Source of the DNA: Eledone cirrhosa
Taxonomy: Eukaryota
DNA length: 64,000 nucleotides
NCBI GenBank assembly: GCA_964016885.1
Contig: OZ024743.1
Span: 220,658,001 to 220,722,000 of the forward strand
Direction: 5' to 3'
Position numbers and translations under genes: made by a program. Shown piece after piece: positions 13,060 to 30,379 of the stretch; position 1 is the first letter of the stretch, and each line of letters opens with the position of its first letter. Under the pieces are notes generated by a model that was not told where the DNA came from, did not search any database, and worked only from the letters and a program-made list of their open reading frames with translations.

Positions 13060-14120
13060 AATAGGGAGAAAAAGACGATTATTAGGAAGACAAATATTTT
13101 TTTTTCCTTTTTTTTTTTTCTTTTTTCTGGGTTAGAAAATGTTTAAAACAAAATATTTTACTCTGTGTGAAGTGTTAAGATATTAGTTAATTAATTCATT
13201 AATTAACAATGGCATTTATTTATTTATTTTTATATTTAATAAATTGTCTATTACCGGTTTCAGCATTTTATTCATTATCAAGGGGGTAATTTGTATTGGT
13301 ATAAAATGTTAGAGAGAAAATAATGTGATGTTGAACATGTTAAGGAAATGGGAAAGAAAGAATAATATTATTTACAAACAAGGTTTTTGAAGTAAAAAGC
13401 AAAAAGAAAAAAAGGGGTGATGTAGAACATGATAAAGTAATGGGAAAGAAAGAATAATATTATTTACAGGCATAGTTCTTGAGGATAAGCAGTTCAAAAT
13501 CTGTTATTATGGCAAGAGCGCTTGATTGGTCCATAATGGAGACAAATGGTAGTCTGGGGTTTGATATGATTTCCCTTTTTAGAGAGTTAATATGCAGAGG
13601 GAGGTAATTCTGGGTGGTCAGGTAGGGGAGAGAGAAATGAGAGGGGGTAATTCATTTATATAAGAAAAAGGATTAGGTAGGGTGTGAGGGAAGTAACTCT
13701 TTAGAGAGCATAGGGTTTGGGATTTGGTTCATAGTTCGTTCCAGTTTTAGTTTAGTCCGAAGTTTAGTCCATTAAGTAGAGGTTAGAATTTGTTAATGAA
13801 GTACGTTTCCTTATTGGTACGATGGATGAAAGAAGCGTTGTCTATGAATTTATAAATGGGGAACATTTTAAAGTTTTGATGTTGGTTAGGTGTACAATTA
13901 GCGATATCTTCACTAAAAACAATCTTTCTGTATTCCTGTATTTTGATTTGTGATCTATGGACGGTCATACGTTGTCGGAGGCTGTTTTTTGTCTGTCCTA
14001 TGTAGTGCTCTCGATAACCTGAGCAGGTCAACACATAGATTAGGTTTTCAGATGCACATGTAAAGTTGTATTTAACTATGAAATGTTGTCCTTGTTTAAA
14101 ATGAAATGTTGAACCTATTT
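13060..14120 (-). mobile_element. 5'-truncated PLE-B (GIY-YIG domain plus 3' region); endonuclease style resembles the Neptune clade
   Basis: NFTCASENLIYVLTCSGYREHYIGQTKNSLRQRMTVHRSQI..ETYFINKF*PLLN at ~13772-14110; degenerate HHR-like motif at 13249-13287. Confidence 0.8.
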
Positions 14121-14876
14121 TTTTTACTGTAGAATACTATTTTGATTAAAATGATAAGGCGAGTTCTATCCAGTGATAAACCAACAAATTTAAATATACA
14201 TATAAGCCTATCCATAAAGGACTTTAACATCTGCAACTACTTCACATTTTCTTATTCTAAATATACTCCATCATTCCTACTAAAAAGTAGGTAGAGTACT
14301 TGAATTGAATTGCATCAATGTTTACCGCAAGTATATAGATAGATGTAGATATTTATATGTTTATATTTTGGAGGATGTAGTATCGAGGAGGAAAATGGGA
14401 AGGATGTATGTATGTATGTATGTATCTATTGTATGTATGCATGTATTTATCTATTGTATGTATGTATGTATTTATCTATTCAAACAAATAAACTTTGATC
14501 CGAGTATGTATGTGGGCAGGCACATCAAAACTCTATGTGGCTTCCATCTTTGATTCTATACATAAAACTAGAGGTCGTATATACGTAATCATATATAAAC
14601 ACATAGATACACACACCAGCATAAAACATAGTTTCACCACATAATATATGTATATGCGTTACGTGGTTTGCATCTCATATTTACATGCAAAAATATATGG
14701 CTGTTATGTCATAGTTTCCTCTTATCATTACAGAAGAAAATTCAATAGATATAGATATATACACACAAATCATACCCTCAGATATCTACACACATATATG
14801 TGTGTGCGACTGTGCGTGTACGTATGTATATATTTATGTGTAGATGCACACACACACACAGACACACACACACACA

Positions 14877-14924
<48 letters not shown>

Positions 14925-15093
14925 CACACACATATATATATATATGTGTGTGTGTATATACATATATATATTACTTTTTTTTTCTTCTTTTTTTTTTCAC
15001 ATTTCAAATAACTAAATAACAATTTTCTATTAATAAATGTATACATATTTACTATTCTCTGCGAATACATGGACAACGAATAAATAACTTAAC

Positions 15094-15204
15094 AAAATAT
15101 GCAATTTCTGAAGTTTAAACAGCCCAATACATTTATCGATATCTATGCTGATCCAGTGGCATACTACATTGGGCTTTATCTTCCACCTTGTGTCAGGTGT
15201 TTCT
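15094..15204 (-). CDS. Candidate internal host exon (111 nt, phase 2-2): ETPDTRWKIKPNVVCHWISIDIDKCIGLFKLQKLHIL
   Basis: Strong acceptor tttttgttttgtttcattttatcttgtcag; open frame; donor GTTAAGT only partly consensus. Confidence 0.35.
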
Positions 15205-15999
15205 CTGACAAGATAAAATGAAACAAAACAAAAATATGAAGTCATCCTGTATAATGTACGGCACAATAATATGGTATTATACTTGCGTCGGTTCTCACGA
15301 TGATTGTTCCATGTAGTACGAACATCATCTCAAACTCGCCTCCGAAATTAACCTGCAAGTGGCTCAGCATTCCACAGACATCTGTACTGCTAACGAAGTT
15401 CACAGAAAGATTCAGTGTAACGCAGTGTGAATTTGAAGAACAGCTCTTATTTCGCGGGGCTGAGCGAGCTGAATAAATGTGTCTTATTGAAAGGCACAAC
15501 GCATCGCAGGGAATCGAACTCACGCCCTTACGATCCCGAACCGAACAATCCATCCACAAAACCCTACGCCTTTATTATAAACTAGAAATGCACCTATTAA
15601 CACAAACGTACCTACTCTGTATACCATATTGATTTTGAAGTTGCGTCAATGCTTGCGTAAGGCCAGTATGCAATGCTCTCATTGCGTTGAGCATCAATTG
15701 CTGATCAAGACAGAGTGTATACATAATTCTATTCAGACATTCTGCCAGAAGCATAGATCCGTATCAAAAGAAAAGATATAAAGATGTAGGTGTATTTTAA
15801 GTTATCTATTTAATTTCCAAGAGACGTTCTATATAGCTATTTGTTATATATTATCATGCCATTATTATGTTCTCTATTTCTTTAAATGTTCTGTATTTCT
15901 TGAAATTCTTTTACATGAAACAATTTTATTTTAGCCTTCATTTGAATTTAAACATTAATGTTCGATTCTGGAAGATGAACACTTTCATGTCTGTAGATA

Positions 16000-16156
16000 T
16001 TACACATTCTACGTGGATCGACGCCCTCAATTCCGAGCTACGCACCCTATCGAGTAATTTTCTCAAAAGACCCCTTCGGAGGAACACCATTTCGGCCGCT
16101 TGTTTTTGTGATCGTATTCTTCCTGTTATTACCCAAGATTCATGAGTATCAGCCAT
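16000..16156 (-). pseudogene. RTE-clade LINE C-terminal relic
   Basis: HESWVITGRIRSQKQAAEMVFLRR..LLDRVRSSELRASIHVE matches the typical RTE post-RT region. Confidence 0.75.
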
Positions 16157-16680
16157 GCAGGATTTACTTCTATATATTTACCTTGGTTTTCTTCACATGT
16201 GTCTTTCCGCTCTTTTTATTATATCAGCTTCAATAATAAGTTGTGTTCTTTATATTTATATATATATATCTATGTCTGTAACTGTTTAACATTTACACAC
16301 ACACACACACACGCACACACGCACACACGCACGCACGCACGCGCACGCACGCACGCACACACACACACACACACAATGCGTTTCCTATATCAGACATGTT
16401 GCTACGATGAGACATTTACTTTCCAACCACAATGTCCTACATTTTTCTTGTAAATAGTTATTTCTCCAAAATTACTCATACATTTGATCCTGTATCGCAT
16501 TTGGACATATATACTGAACATCTATGTAATTATAACCTAGAAATAAATTATTAAAACATGCTTATTTTTAATCACTTCCATGTGTCAGAAAGGAACATTG
16601 ACTATATGGTTTCTCTTATGCAAACGATTAATTTATCAAATCACAAGTTTTCCCAGTTATTATAAATGTTCATATAGCCA

Positions 16681-16860
16681 ATAATTGTTTCTACTTTAGG
16701 CACAAGGTCAGCAATTAACCAGTACATTACTGGTACTTTATTTTATCGACCCCGTAAGGATGAAAGGCAAAGTGAACCTCGGCGGGATTTGAACTCAGAC
16801 TGTAACAGGACGTAACTATGCTAGAAAGCATGGCGTCCGACCCTCTACCAATACTGCCAA
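16681..16860 (-). mobile_element. tRNA-derived SINE, family 1
   Basis: Near full-length reverse complement of the copy at 27989. Confidence 0.85.
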
Positions 16861-17273
16861 TAGCCAATAATATTGATATATATGGCATATTAATTCTATA
16901 CTCACGAGATGAAATGCATTTAACGCTAGTGTTGCAATATTATCGAGAAATGGTGGTAAAATATGGCAGATTGAATGAATAAAAAGACATAGGATATGTT
17001 TGTACTAAAAACAGTTTATCTAGATTTACTACACTTGAGTGCAAAGTGACGGCGAACAATTCACTTCTTGAAGATAGAGAAAAGAACTGTTCTAATATTT
17101 GGAATCAATTATATATCAAATTAATATCAACATTGCATTTCTGCGGCTGGGTAGGTATATATGATCTGAGATTGTGTGTTGAGATTGAAACGTGTTAATA
17201 ACTAAGTTTAGTAAAGAACTAAAACGTGACACAACGCATATTACACATTGACTAAATCTTTGCACTTAGTTTA

Positions 17274-17361
<88 letters not shown>

Positions 17362-17592
17362 TACTCTGATCAGAGCAAACAACACGGACGCTCTATCTCA
17401 AAATTATTTTTGAAAAGCATTTAGAAATGCGCAACCGGTAAAAACTTAAAACCACAACTGAATACTAATCAATACAATTACTAATACTCTTTTATTCCTA
17501 ATTAAACTATTTTTCAACTGTGAAGAATTTGTCAGCATTTTCTATTCCGTTTACCAATATATAATAACTTGTGTGTTACACCTCTATTCGTT

Positions 17593-17669
<77 letters not shown>

Positions 17670-17848
17670 TTTACAGTGAGAAAGAAAGGTAGTTTAAGGT
17701 TAGGGCAGAATCATTCAATTGAAGGTGATAACATACAATGCCAAATAGTGTTGAAGGATATGTAATATAAATGAATAAAATGAGAAGAAAAAATCATTAT
17801 GATGGTTAAGAATAAACAAGATATAATACATGATAGTGAAGGAGCAAT

Positions 17849-20030
<2,182 letters not shown>

Positions 20031-20200
20031 ATTGTATATATATGTATATTATATATATATATATATATTTTGTATATATATATATATATATGTATTTTAT
20101 ATGTATATGTATGTATATATATATGTATTTTATATGTATGTATATATATTTTAGATGTATATGTATTTTATATATGTATCTATTTTATATATATATGTGC

Positions 20201-20251
<51 letters not shown>

Positions 20252-20888
20252 TTGTGCGTACATATATATATACACACCTGTATGGATTTGTGAGTGTAGA
20301 TGTGTGAGTGTCTGAGAGGGTAGGTGTGAGTGTATGTACAAGTCAACCAACATAAGCCTTTTATTTCTAAATTTTCTAAACTATCTAAGTATTTAACTCT
20401 AACCATTATTTTAAGTATTACCACCCCACATTAATTCCTCAACTTGTATGTGTGGATGTGTGTGTCTGTGGAGGTGGGTGTGAGTGTATGTGCAAGCCAA
20501 CCTACATAAGTCTTTTTATTTGTAAATTTTCTACTCTAACCATAATTTTCAGTAGCACCACTCCACATAAATTCCTCAATTTAAGAATGACCTGTAGTAT
20601 CTATTTCATACTATTAACCTTAATAGAATATATATCTGACCAGGAATGCCTTTTGTGAAAATCAGTCATATGGAACTATTGTCATCTTGCCTGACGGTTT
20701 GAACTTTACAACACCACCTGCCTCTTTGAGGTCAAATACTAACCCTACTAGCATCTACAAACTGACCAATGAGAATTAAGACTATTCCTGCTGATAACAT
20801 TAAATTATTCCTAACAAGCTCATATGTCCCAAGGCTCTGATACCATCAACACTATAAACACAGAGCTGGCATATCTAAGAACTGATTA

Positions 20889-20944
20889 ACTGCCTGATGA
20901 GGTCATAGCCATTCAATGGCTATCATCGAAATATATATAGCAGT
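20889..20944 (+). ncRNA. Well-formed type I hammerhead ribozyme (orphan pLTR)
   Basis: actgc-CTGATGA-ggtcatagcca(ttcaa)tggctatcatc-GAAA-tatata-TA-gcagt; 5-bp stem I; AUA triplet. Confidence 0.85.
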
Positions 20945-20996
20945 AAATAAAGGATTATGAGTTCATCCAATTGACTTATGTTTCGTCACTATACAA

Positions 20997-21149
<153 letters not shown>

Positions 21150-21473
21150 TAAGTTAAAAATGTACATCTACATATGCATACTGAAATACTAGTGTGTATA
21201 TGAATACACACACGTATACATATGTAGGTATACCAAGTCTTTCACTGGTCGCTTTACAGTGAGCGGCCCAGCTATTCTGTATGTAAACACACAGACAAAC
21301 CGGTTTTTAGAGTCATACTGGTTTTTCGGGGGAACACCTTCCCCCTATTCTCCAGAAAGCCAGACAAGGAATATTGAACTAGTTTCGTTGTTGTTACAAC
21401 TCATCAGCAATATTTACCTATCTACCGGCCTTTCTGGAGAATTGTAAAAGCACATATCGTTATATGCTTTTTC

Positions 21474-21580
<107 letters not shown>

Positions 21581-21606
21581 ACATATACTTACGGTATATA
21601 TATAGG

Positions 21607-21780
21607 AATGAGTTTTACACGACGAGAACGTTTCATTCGTATGAAACCATCAGGATTTCATACGAATGAAACAGTACTAATCCAGTAGAATTCATTTCTC
21701 ATTATAATATAGATGCCTATACTATACCATTGTATTGAGTAGCTTTTTAAGTGTGGCTACCCCCAACACAAATGGGGAAT
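21607..21780. mobile_element. Degenerate fold-back of the 8646 family
   Basis: gtttcattcgtatgaaa-ccatcagga-tttcatacgaatgaaac hairpin; tail with gtattgagta..gtggctac. Confidence 0.5.
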
Positions 21781-22130
21781 ATCTCTCTCTATATATATAG
21801 AAAGAGGTGTGTTTGTGGAAGACCAGGAGTCACCCATGCTTGCCAGTCTCCCCTCTCCTCGCCACTGATTTTATCCAAGGGAACAGCAGTTAACTGGAGC
21901 AACGTGAAATACAGTATGGCACGGTCCAGGATTCGAACTCACAACCTTACGATTGTGAGCTCAACGCACTAACCACTAAGCCACACACACACAAACACAC
22001 ACACACAGACACACACACACAGACACATACACACATACATACACAGACACACACACATATACACACACACACACACGCATACATATATATATCTATATAT
22101 ATTTATATATATATAGATACATAGATAGAT

Positions 22131-22163
<33 letters not shown>

Positions 22164-22168
22164 CTTAT

Positions 22169-22339
22169 AACAAAGAAAGTGGTAAGGAACCAGGTGGACC
22201 ACAACGCACCAGAGTACTCGATACTTAGCGTAGTAGAGTGGGTAATAGGAAAAGAGTCAGGATCCCGACGGCTGAGCTCGGGCCGTTTCGACAGTTAGAT
22301 CCGAACTCGGATCTAGCTGTCGAAACGGCCGGAGCTCAG
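22169..22339 (-). mobile_element. Family-C fold-back mini-element, copy 2 (divergent)
   Basis: Tail gtggtaaggaaccaggtggacc..gagtactc..gtagagtgggtaataggaaa; palindrome centred at gatccga-ac-tcggatc. Confidence 0.8.
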
Positions 22340-23809
22340 TAAATGTTGTATATATATACATATGCACAACATTTACTGGAACACATAGACTATTAACGTC
22401 AACTATTATATTGTATTTATGTAGCTGTAAGTATCAATCTAAATAGCTTACAGTGTTCCTTCGTAACAATTTCTTTCAATTTTGTACATTGTCTAGTTAA
22501 TTGATTCCTAAGTTTATCTAAGTCTGTGCTTATGACAATTATCTGATCACGATTGTTATCCTAGAGTTTATCTGGTATTAGTTATGTGAATTTGATGTTG
22601 TGTTATCATGATTTTCTCCTCTTCAAGATTGCGTTGGTACATTTCTTTAAACTACGTTATATATTTCTCTAGTTTACAGTCTGATGTATTGTATATAAAG
22701 TCTCGTTGTTTATCTAATCATTTGTATTTGTATATGATTTCAGTCCAGTTTAACGCTCTGTTTAAATACAAATGCACCAGACAGAAAAAAGAAAGAGGTT
22801 GTTCTATTGGTATATTCTTCTAACGTATTTGAGGTTAGATATTATAATTGGGTCCACTGTCCACATGTTCAGAATTATTTTCCATTTGCTTTGTGAAATC
22901 TTATAGCCTATCCTTATTCATATATTATATATATACTGCGATATGTATTAAAGAAACTTGACCCTCGGATGCTGTTTGAGAAGTCAACATTGTTTCTGAT
23001 GTAAAACCTCATGCTATATCTCCAGTCTGGGAGTAACTTCCTTCATTATTTGCTTCTTTCCACCAATTTATGAGGATCCGAGGAAGGTCATGAGTGCTGA
23101 TATGTTTTATTTTACTAAGCCATTAAAATTACTATATCCCAAACCACCCTTCACCACACTATATTCTGCGATGATTTGAACTAAATCCTGCAAGCCAATG
23201 AGACACCAATTGATTCCTATATATATATACAGTGAATGGATTTAGCAAGCAGGTGAATATTAAATCTATTGGCTTATAACATTGGAATGTGTTAGCTACA
23301 ACATACCACTCTCAGTTAATTCGTGAAGCAAGTTATCGACTCATCTATAAACATCGTTCGAGGGGTGTTGGTTCTGTGGTTACAACTTTTAATGTTAATT
23401 AACTGTGGGATTTGTTTTCAGCAATAATTTGAAATAGATATGTATGAGACTTAGTGCTTAAAGTAAATGTCTCCGTGGAATCGACAGTCCTGTAAACAAA
23501 ATACGATTTCTTTTGTTAGGTTAACATTAACGCTTGTTTTGATGTGATAATCAATCATATAATTGAAATCGATTAGAAATCCGTTAGAGAATTGGTAGGG
23601 TCAAAGTAAGATACTGGTTAAATATTATTATTTATTTTGAAACGCGTCACAGGCGGCTGTAACCGCATTAGAAATTCTCGGTCAGTCGAATCATTTACTG
23701 ATTTTTCATTATAAATTTAAAGTAAATCACTTCGCTTTAGTTTTGATGGCTATGTGTTGTGTTGGTCTTCTGTCGGTTCCGACGAAGAATGTTCCAAGCT
23801 ACTTGTGAA

Positions 23810-24055
23810 GTTAACTTGTGACTGAGCATTTCATAGATACATGCACCCTTAACATAATTCTCAGGGAGATTAATTGTGGCACAGTATGCGACAAGACTGG
23901 CCTTTTGAACCATATATACAACACATGTTTCCAGTTGAGTGAACTTGAGCAATGTGAAATAAAATATTTTGCTCAAGGTTACAACATGATGCCGGAAATT
24001 GAACCCAAACCCTTACGATCATGAGACGAGCACCCTAATCAGTAAGCCACGTGCA
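23810..24055 (-). mobile_element. tRNA-derived SINE, family 2-related
   Basis: cttgagcaatgtgaaataaaatattttgctcaagg..gaaccc..ttacgatc..cacccta..taagccacgtgc is the reverse complement of the family-2 head. Confidence 0.6.
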
Positions 24056-25147
24056 CTGAACCACGAATAATATCTTGAAGAAAAAAAGATCATAGAGTTT
24101 CATCTATTTCAATCATTCTCGCGAATTCTCCCGAGTCCTGTCTAATGCTGAGATAAGAAGGTCGCTCTAGTGAAAGATATTTCGCACTGTTAACTGATTT
24201 CACGATGGTATTCTTCTTATCCTTTTATCATCAACTGCCTTGCGTCCAAGACATTATTGACTAAATGTAACTTAGTTTATATAATCTTGTGTTGATACAA
24301 CTACAGCTCAACGCAGTAAAAAGTGTCAGTATGTGTTTCATTAGTTTGCAGAACTGAATTCAACATCCCTCGAGCGCATACGTAAGTTTGACGTACAGTA
24401 AAATGCATTATGTGGTTCACTAAATAACACAATGATTTATGGGATTCACATAAATTCATTGTTTACATTTATAGACATAAGGTGAGGTAGTGCAGGTGAT
24501 ATTTCTCTGAAAAAATAAATTTAAGCCTCGTATTTCGATTCCCAAAGGAAATTATAATTCCCTTGCCTCTCTAAAGCAATTAACAAGTAATCCTCTGGTT
24601 CATAAACATGAAGTCTTCTTCCTTTGCATCTTCTATCACTTCTACAGTAACATTTACTGTTCAAAACTTCCTAGTCACAGGCTATTTCCACTCTGATACT
24701 CCGGCTCATTTGTCTTTCCTTTTAAATTGTTAATTTGCAAAGTAAATATTTAAGAGGAACATTAATCAAGCCGATCTCATTGGTGTAAAAGACTATGAGC
24801 ACAGCCCATTCAGACCAAACCAATAAAAAAAAGAGTCGGGATGTAAACACTTCCCATTTACTGATCTATACTCTTAGATATAAGATATTTGTAGATAACA
24901 ATTTAAAACTGTTTATAGAGTTATATCCAATATTTTGAAAATAGAAAATACACATACCAACCTCGTAGACTAAGGTATTGGTTTATAAATAGGAATAAAG
25001 GTTTCTCTAAGGAATACTTTCTGTTAGTATCATGATCTAACATTTAAAGAGCAAGATCTTTTGATACTAGGCTTTAGAAATATTCACCGTTTGTTTATAT
25101 AATTCATTTATTCAAATGTTTATTCATTTATTTGCCAGTTGTCTTAC

Positions 25148-25331
25148 CTTCTGAATTATTTCTCGTCCTTGATGCCATATATGTCGGTATCAGGGGGCCT
25201 TCGAACCCCCCGACGGCCCCCGAGTTCTCGTGAAGGTGTATCCCAGCCAGAGTAGCGAACTGCAAGAAGGGAAGTAAGCCACTGGTTACTGGGAGCAGCA
25301 GAATCGGGAGGCAACCCGACGAGGCAAACAT
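25148..25331 (-). CDS. Candidate first coding exon of a host secreted or membrane protein (61 codons + 1 nt)
   Basis: GC-rich unique island; aagATG context; [33 protein letters not shown].. hydrophobic N-terminus; NNS sequon; ends at consensus donor AAG|GTAAGA in phase 1. Confidence 0.6.
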
Positions 25332-25405
25332 CTTCTGCTTGCAGATGTCATACACGCATTTTCAATTCATACAGTGCCGACCACAGATGATACGTATATA
25401 TATAT

Positions 25406-26810
<1,405 letters not shown>

Positions 26811-27087
26811 GAAATGTGGTTGTCCTAATGTAAATCATTATCCCAATAGTCGATCCCTATAAATAATAGCAAGGAAAAGTGGTAAAGTACCTCATGAGAC
26901 GGAAAATATGGGTAGAGGTGCTTGCGAGGAAACGAACACCACATATCACGGATACCAGGTGAGTGGTATAACCGGGCGCTTCTGTACACAATTTTCCATT
27001 ACCTGAGGTATTTGTTAGATTTTATTAACTATTATTTATAGTAATAGACTATTCTTGTAACAATTTACGTTGGGACGATCGCATTTC
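26811..27087. repeat. Old degenerate inverted repeat with HHR-3'-half-like ends
   Basis: gaaatgtggttgtcctaatgtaaat..taaataatag..gtacctca vs tgaggtat..ctattattta..atttacgttgggacgatcgcatttc; mismatches largely CpG-type transitions. Confidence 0.55.
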
Positions 27088-27724
27088 AAATTTCAAATGT
27101 TCCCAATGTTTCTTACTTCAACCGGGTGTTCATAAATATATATCTATTCTTTTGAGCGTATGTGCACATTAGAGAACGTAAGAAATTGTTAAGTGACATA
27201 CACATACACAGCTATAATCATGCATGTTTTGTGTGTATTGTAATTGTTTGTTTGTGGTTGTTAAGCTTTCTATTAATAATTCATGCTTGTAAGCATATAA
27301 AGCGGAGTTACTAAAGTTAATAAAAAGCAATGGCTTATACAAAACACACATCGAAGACATGATGAAGGCAAGTTAAACAGAAGCTACTTACATGAGTTAG
27401 AGTTTACAGTAATATTAGCGTACAAAGAGTAAACAAGACAATATAGCATATAAACAAATCTGTTGCTTCTGATAGACGTAGCTGAGACCTCCCCACGATA
27501 TTCTCAGGCATAAGTGGGCGAAGAAGATGAAGAAGAAGACGATGAAGAAGAAGAACAGCAACAACATCAACAAAAACAAAAACAATGACAACAACAATAA
27601 CAACAACAATGACGACGACAATAATCTTGTTTAAATTCCATATCAGAAGATATTTAATATGTTAAAATCCATAATGAGGCATTTTCTTCATGAACACACG
27701 CGCACACACACACACACAGACGCG

Positions 27725-27779
<55 letters not shown>

Positions 27780-27988
27780 GAAAATATTGTAGCAAAAAGC
27801 CAATATATATATTCGTACAGTGAGCTACGTAACAGAATTTGAGAGATCTCACTCTGTCAGAAGATCTATACGTAATAACGATTTTACATAACCTTGTATA
27901 TTGTTATTTAATATCATTATTATATAAGTACTATATAAGTATTATATAATATAATTATTATATGAGTATTATATAATAATTATATAAT

Positions 27989-28180
27989 GGCGGTGGATTG
28001 GCAATATCGGTAGAGGGTCGGACGCCATGCTTTCCAGCATAGTTACGTCCCTTTACGATCCGAGTTCAAATCCCGCCGAGGTTGACTTTGCCTTTCATCC
28101 TTACGGGGTCGATAAAATAAGGTACCAGTAATGCACAGGGGATTAGCTGGCCTTGTGCTTAAAGTAGAAACAATTATTAT
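27989..28180 (+). mobile_element. tRNA-derived SINE, family 1 (full length)
   Basis: A-box tggcaatatcgg, B-box gagttcaaatccc, core gcctttcatccttacggggtcgataaaa, tail aaacaattatta. Confidence 0.88.
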
Positions 28181-28209
28181 ATAAGTATTATATAATAATA
28201 CTTATATAC

Positions 28210-28401
28210 GGCGGTGGATTGGCAGTATCGGTAGAGAGTCGGACGCCATGCTTTGACGCAAAGAGTTACGGCCTTTTCCATTATGAGTTCAAATCCCGCC
28301 GAGGTTAACTTTGCCTTTCATCCTTACGGGGTCGATAAAATAAAGTACCAGTAATACACTGGGTAATTGCTGGCCTTGTGCCTAAAGTAGAAACAATTAT
28401 T
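28210..28401 (+). mobile_element. tRNA-derived SINE, family 1 (tandem neighbour)
   Basis: Same consensus, 30 bp downstream of the previous copy. Confidence 0.88.
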
Positions 28402-28599
28402 ATATACGTATTATGTAACGAGCAGGCAGGTAATAAAGCAACACTTCATATAAATTAATCATAAATAGATATACAATATAGACAGAATATGATAAAGCGC
28501 TAATCGTTAGAACGGACCAAGGAAACAACGTTTCTATTGGTCTTGCCATAGCTGATACTATCTGTCAGTAGCAACTTCTGGCAGAAGGTGTAACGTATT

Positions 28600-28810
28600 T
28601 GCAGTATCGGTAGATCGTCGCACCATGCCTTGCAGTATAGAGTTACGGCCCTTTGTGGTCTAATTTCAAATCCCGCCAAGGTTAGCTTTGCCTTTCACTC
28701 TTATGGGGTCGATAAAATAAAGCACCAGTAATGCACTGGGTCGATTTAATTGACTTTCCTCTCCTCTCCTCCAAAATTGGTGGCCTTGTGCCTAAAATCA
28801 GAAACCATTA
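28600..28810 (+). mobile_element. tRNA-derived SINE, family 1, longer subfamily
   Basis: Same head and core plus gggtcgatttaattgact..ctccaaaattg insert. Confidence 0.75.
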
Positions 28811-29369
28811 TGTTACTCAAGAACACTATGCACCTTCCGGTCTAGGAACGGAACCCATGACCTTACAATCGTGAGTGCAGCACCCTAAATACTTGTCCAC
28901 GCACCGTCACATAAATCAATCACTAATAGAAATACAATAAAAAAGGTATTGTTAAAAACGATAAAAATATTCTGTATCTCTATAACAGTATTCTGGTATT
29001 GGCAATTATTGTAATTTCCACGTGATAATTACATGAAGAATAATAGCCAGGTATTAGTTCTGCAAAGACTACAGTAATAATCATAACATATATCAGTGTT
29101 ATATACTCAAATTGAGAGAAATTGAATAATTAGTTCTTATTGTTAAAACACAGAAAGAAATTGTTCCTATCTCAGTATATAATTCACTTCGATACATATT
29201 ACTAGTGACAAAATAGAGAAAGAGAGTATGCAAGAGCGAGCGAGAGCCAGATAGATAGATAGAGAGAGAGAGAGTAGAAAAAAAGAACTTCTAATGTGCC
29301 AGAGTCAGCTCCTATTTCCTTTTTTCTCCTACACATACGTATTTTTCTAATTCGTAAGAATAAAACGAG

Positions 29370-29419
<50 letters not shown>

Positions 29420-29679
29420 GGAGGTGAGTTTTATTGTAGTACAATAAAGCAATGCAGATATCGGATAAGAAGCACTCTACAGTTTGTAGGACTGGAGTAT
29501 ACATAATATATAAGAACAAAAGATGGTTAAAAGAGTTCCATGTATTTTATTATGCGCATTACAAAAACAAATATAATCATGCAATAATATTTGTGTTTTC
29601 ATCAGATAAAACAGGAAGACATGATATGAAGGTTAAAAAAACACTTGTGGATAGTGCAGTTTTAAATCAACATATCGTT

Positions 29680-29764
<85 letters not shown>

Positions 29765-29814
29765 GTATATATATATATATTATATATATGCATATATATA
29801 TAAATATATTATAC

Positions 29815-29854
<40 letters not shown>

Positions 29855-30101
29855 GTATATATATACACACACACAAATATATATATATATGTATATATGT
29901 ATGTGTGTGTGTGCGTGTGAGGCAGAGAGTGTATATGTGTCTGTGTCTATGTGTATGGTTATGTGCGTGTGTACATGCGTTCATGAAATATCGCGTGATT
30001 TCGATATTTATGTACAACGAATCAGTCATGTTCAGCAAACCTTATTGAATTATTCAACGAACGAAGTAAGTTACTGGCTTAAAAAACAATCTACCAATAT
30101 A

Positions 30102-30151
<50 letters not shown>

Positions 30152-30379
30152 GAGAGAGAAAGAGAGAGAGAAAGAGAGACGTGGAGGGGAGTTGGCAGAA
30201 AAGGAGAGGATGGGAAGGCAGGGGCAAAATCAAGTGTAATTGTATGTTACTGGCAATTCTAGATCTTCAAGATATTTCTTCTGATAGGTATGGAATATAT
30301 TTTATGTATTAGATATCTTCTATAATTTGATAAATGATAAATGACCCTCTTTTTCCACATTGTGCTTTATGTTTGTTTT

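Noticed and set aside
17361-17445. HHR-like ctgatca..gcaa-ccgg-ta
   Set aside because: Both core segments are mutated; similar weak relics at 6280-6340, 7355-7405 and 47845-48112 were also not called
24585-24655. Possible minus-strand exon VNVTVEVIEDAKEEDFMFMNQRIT
   Set aside because: Weak acceptor and donor; cannot be supported without RNA data
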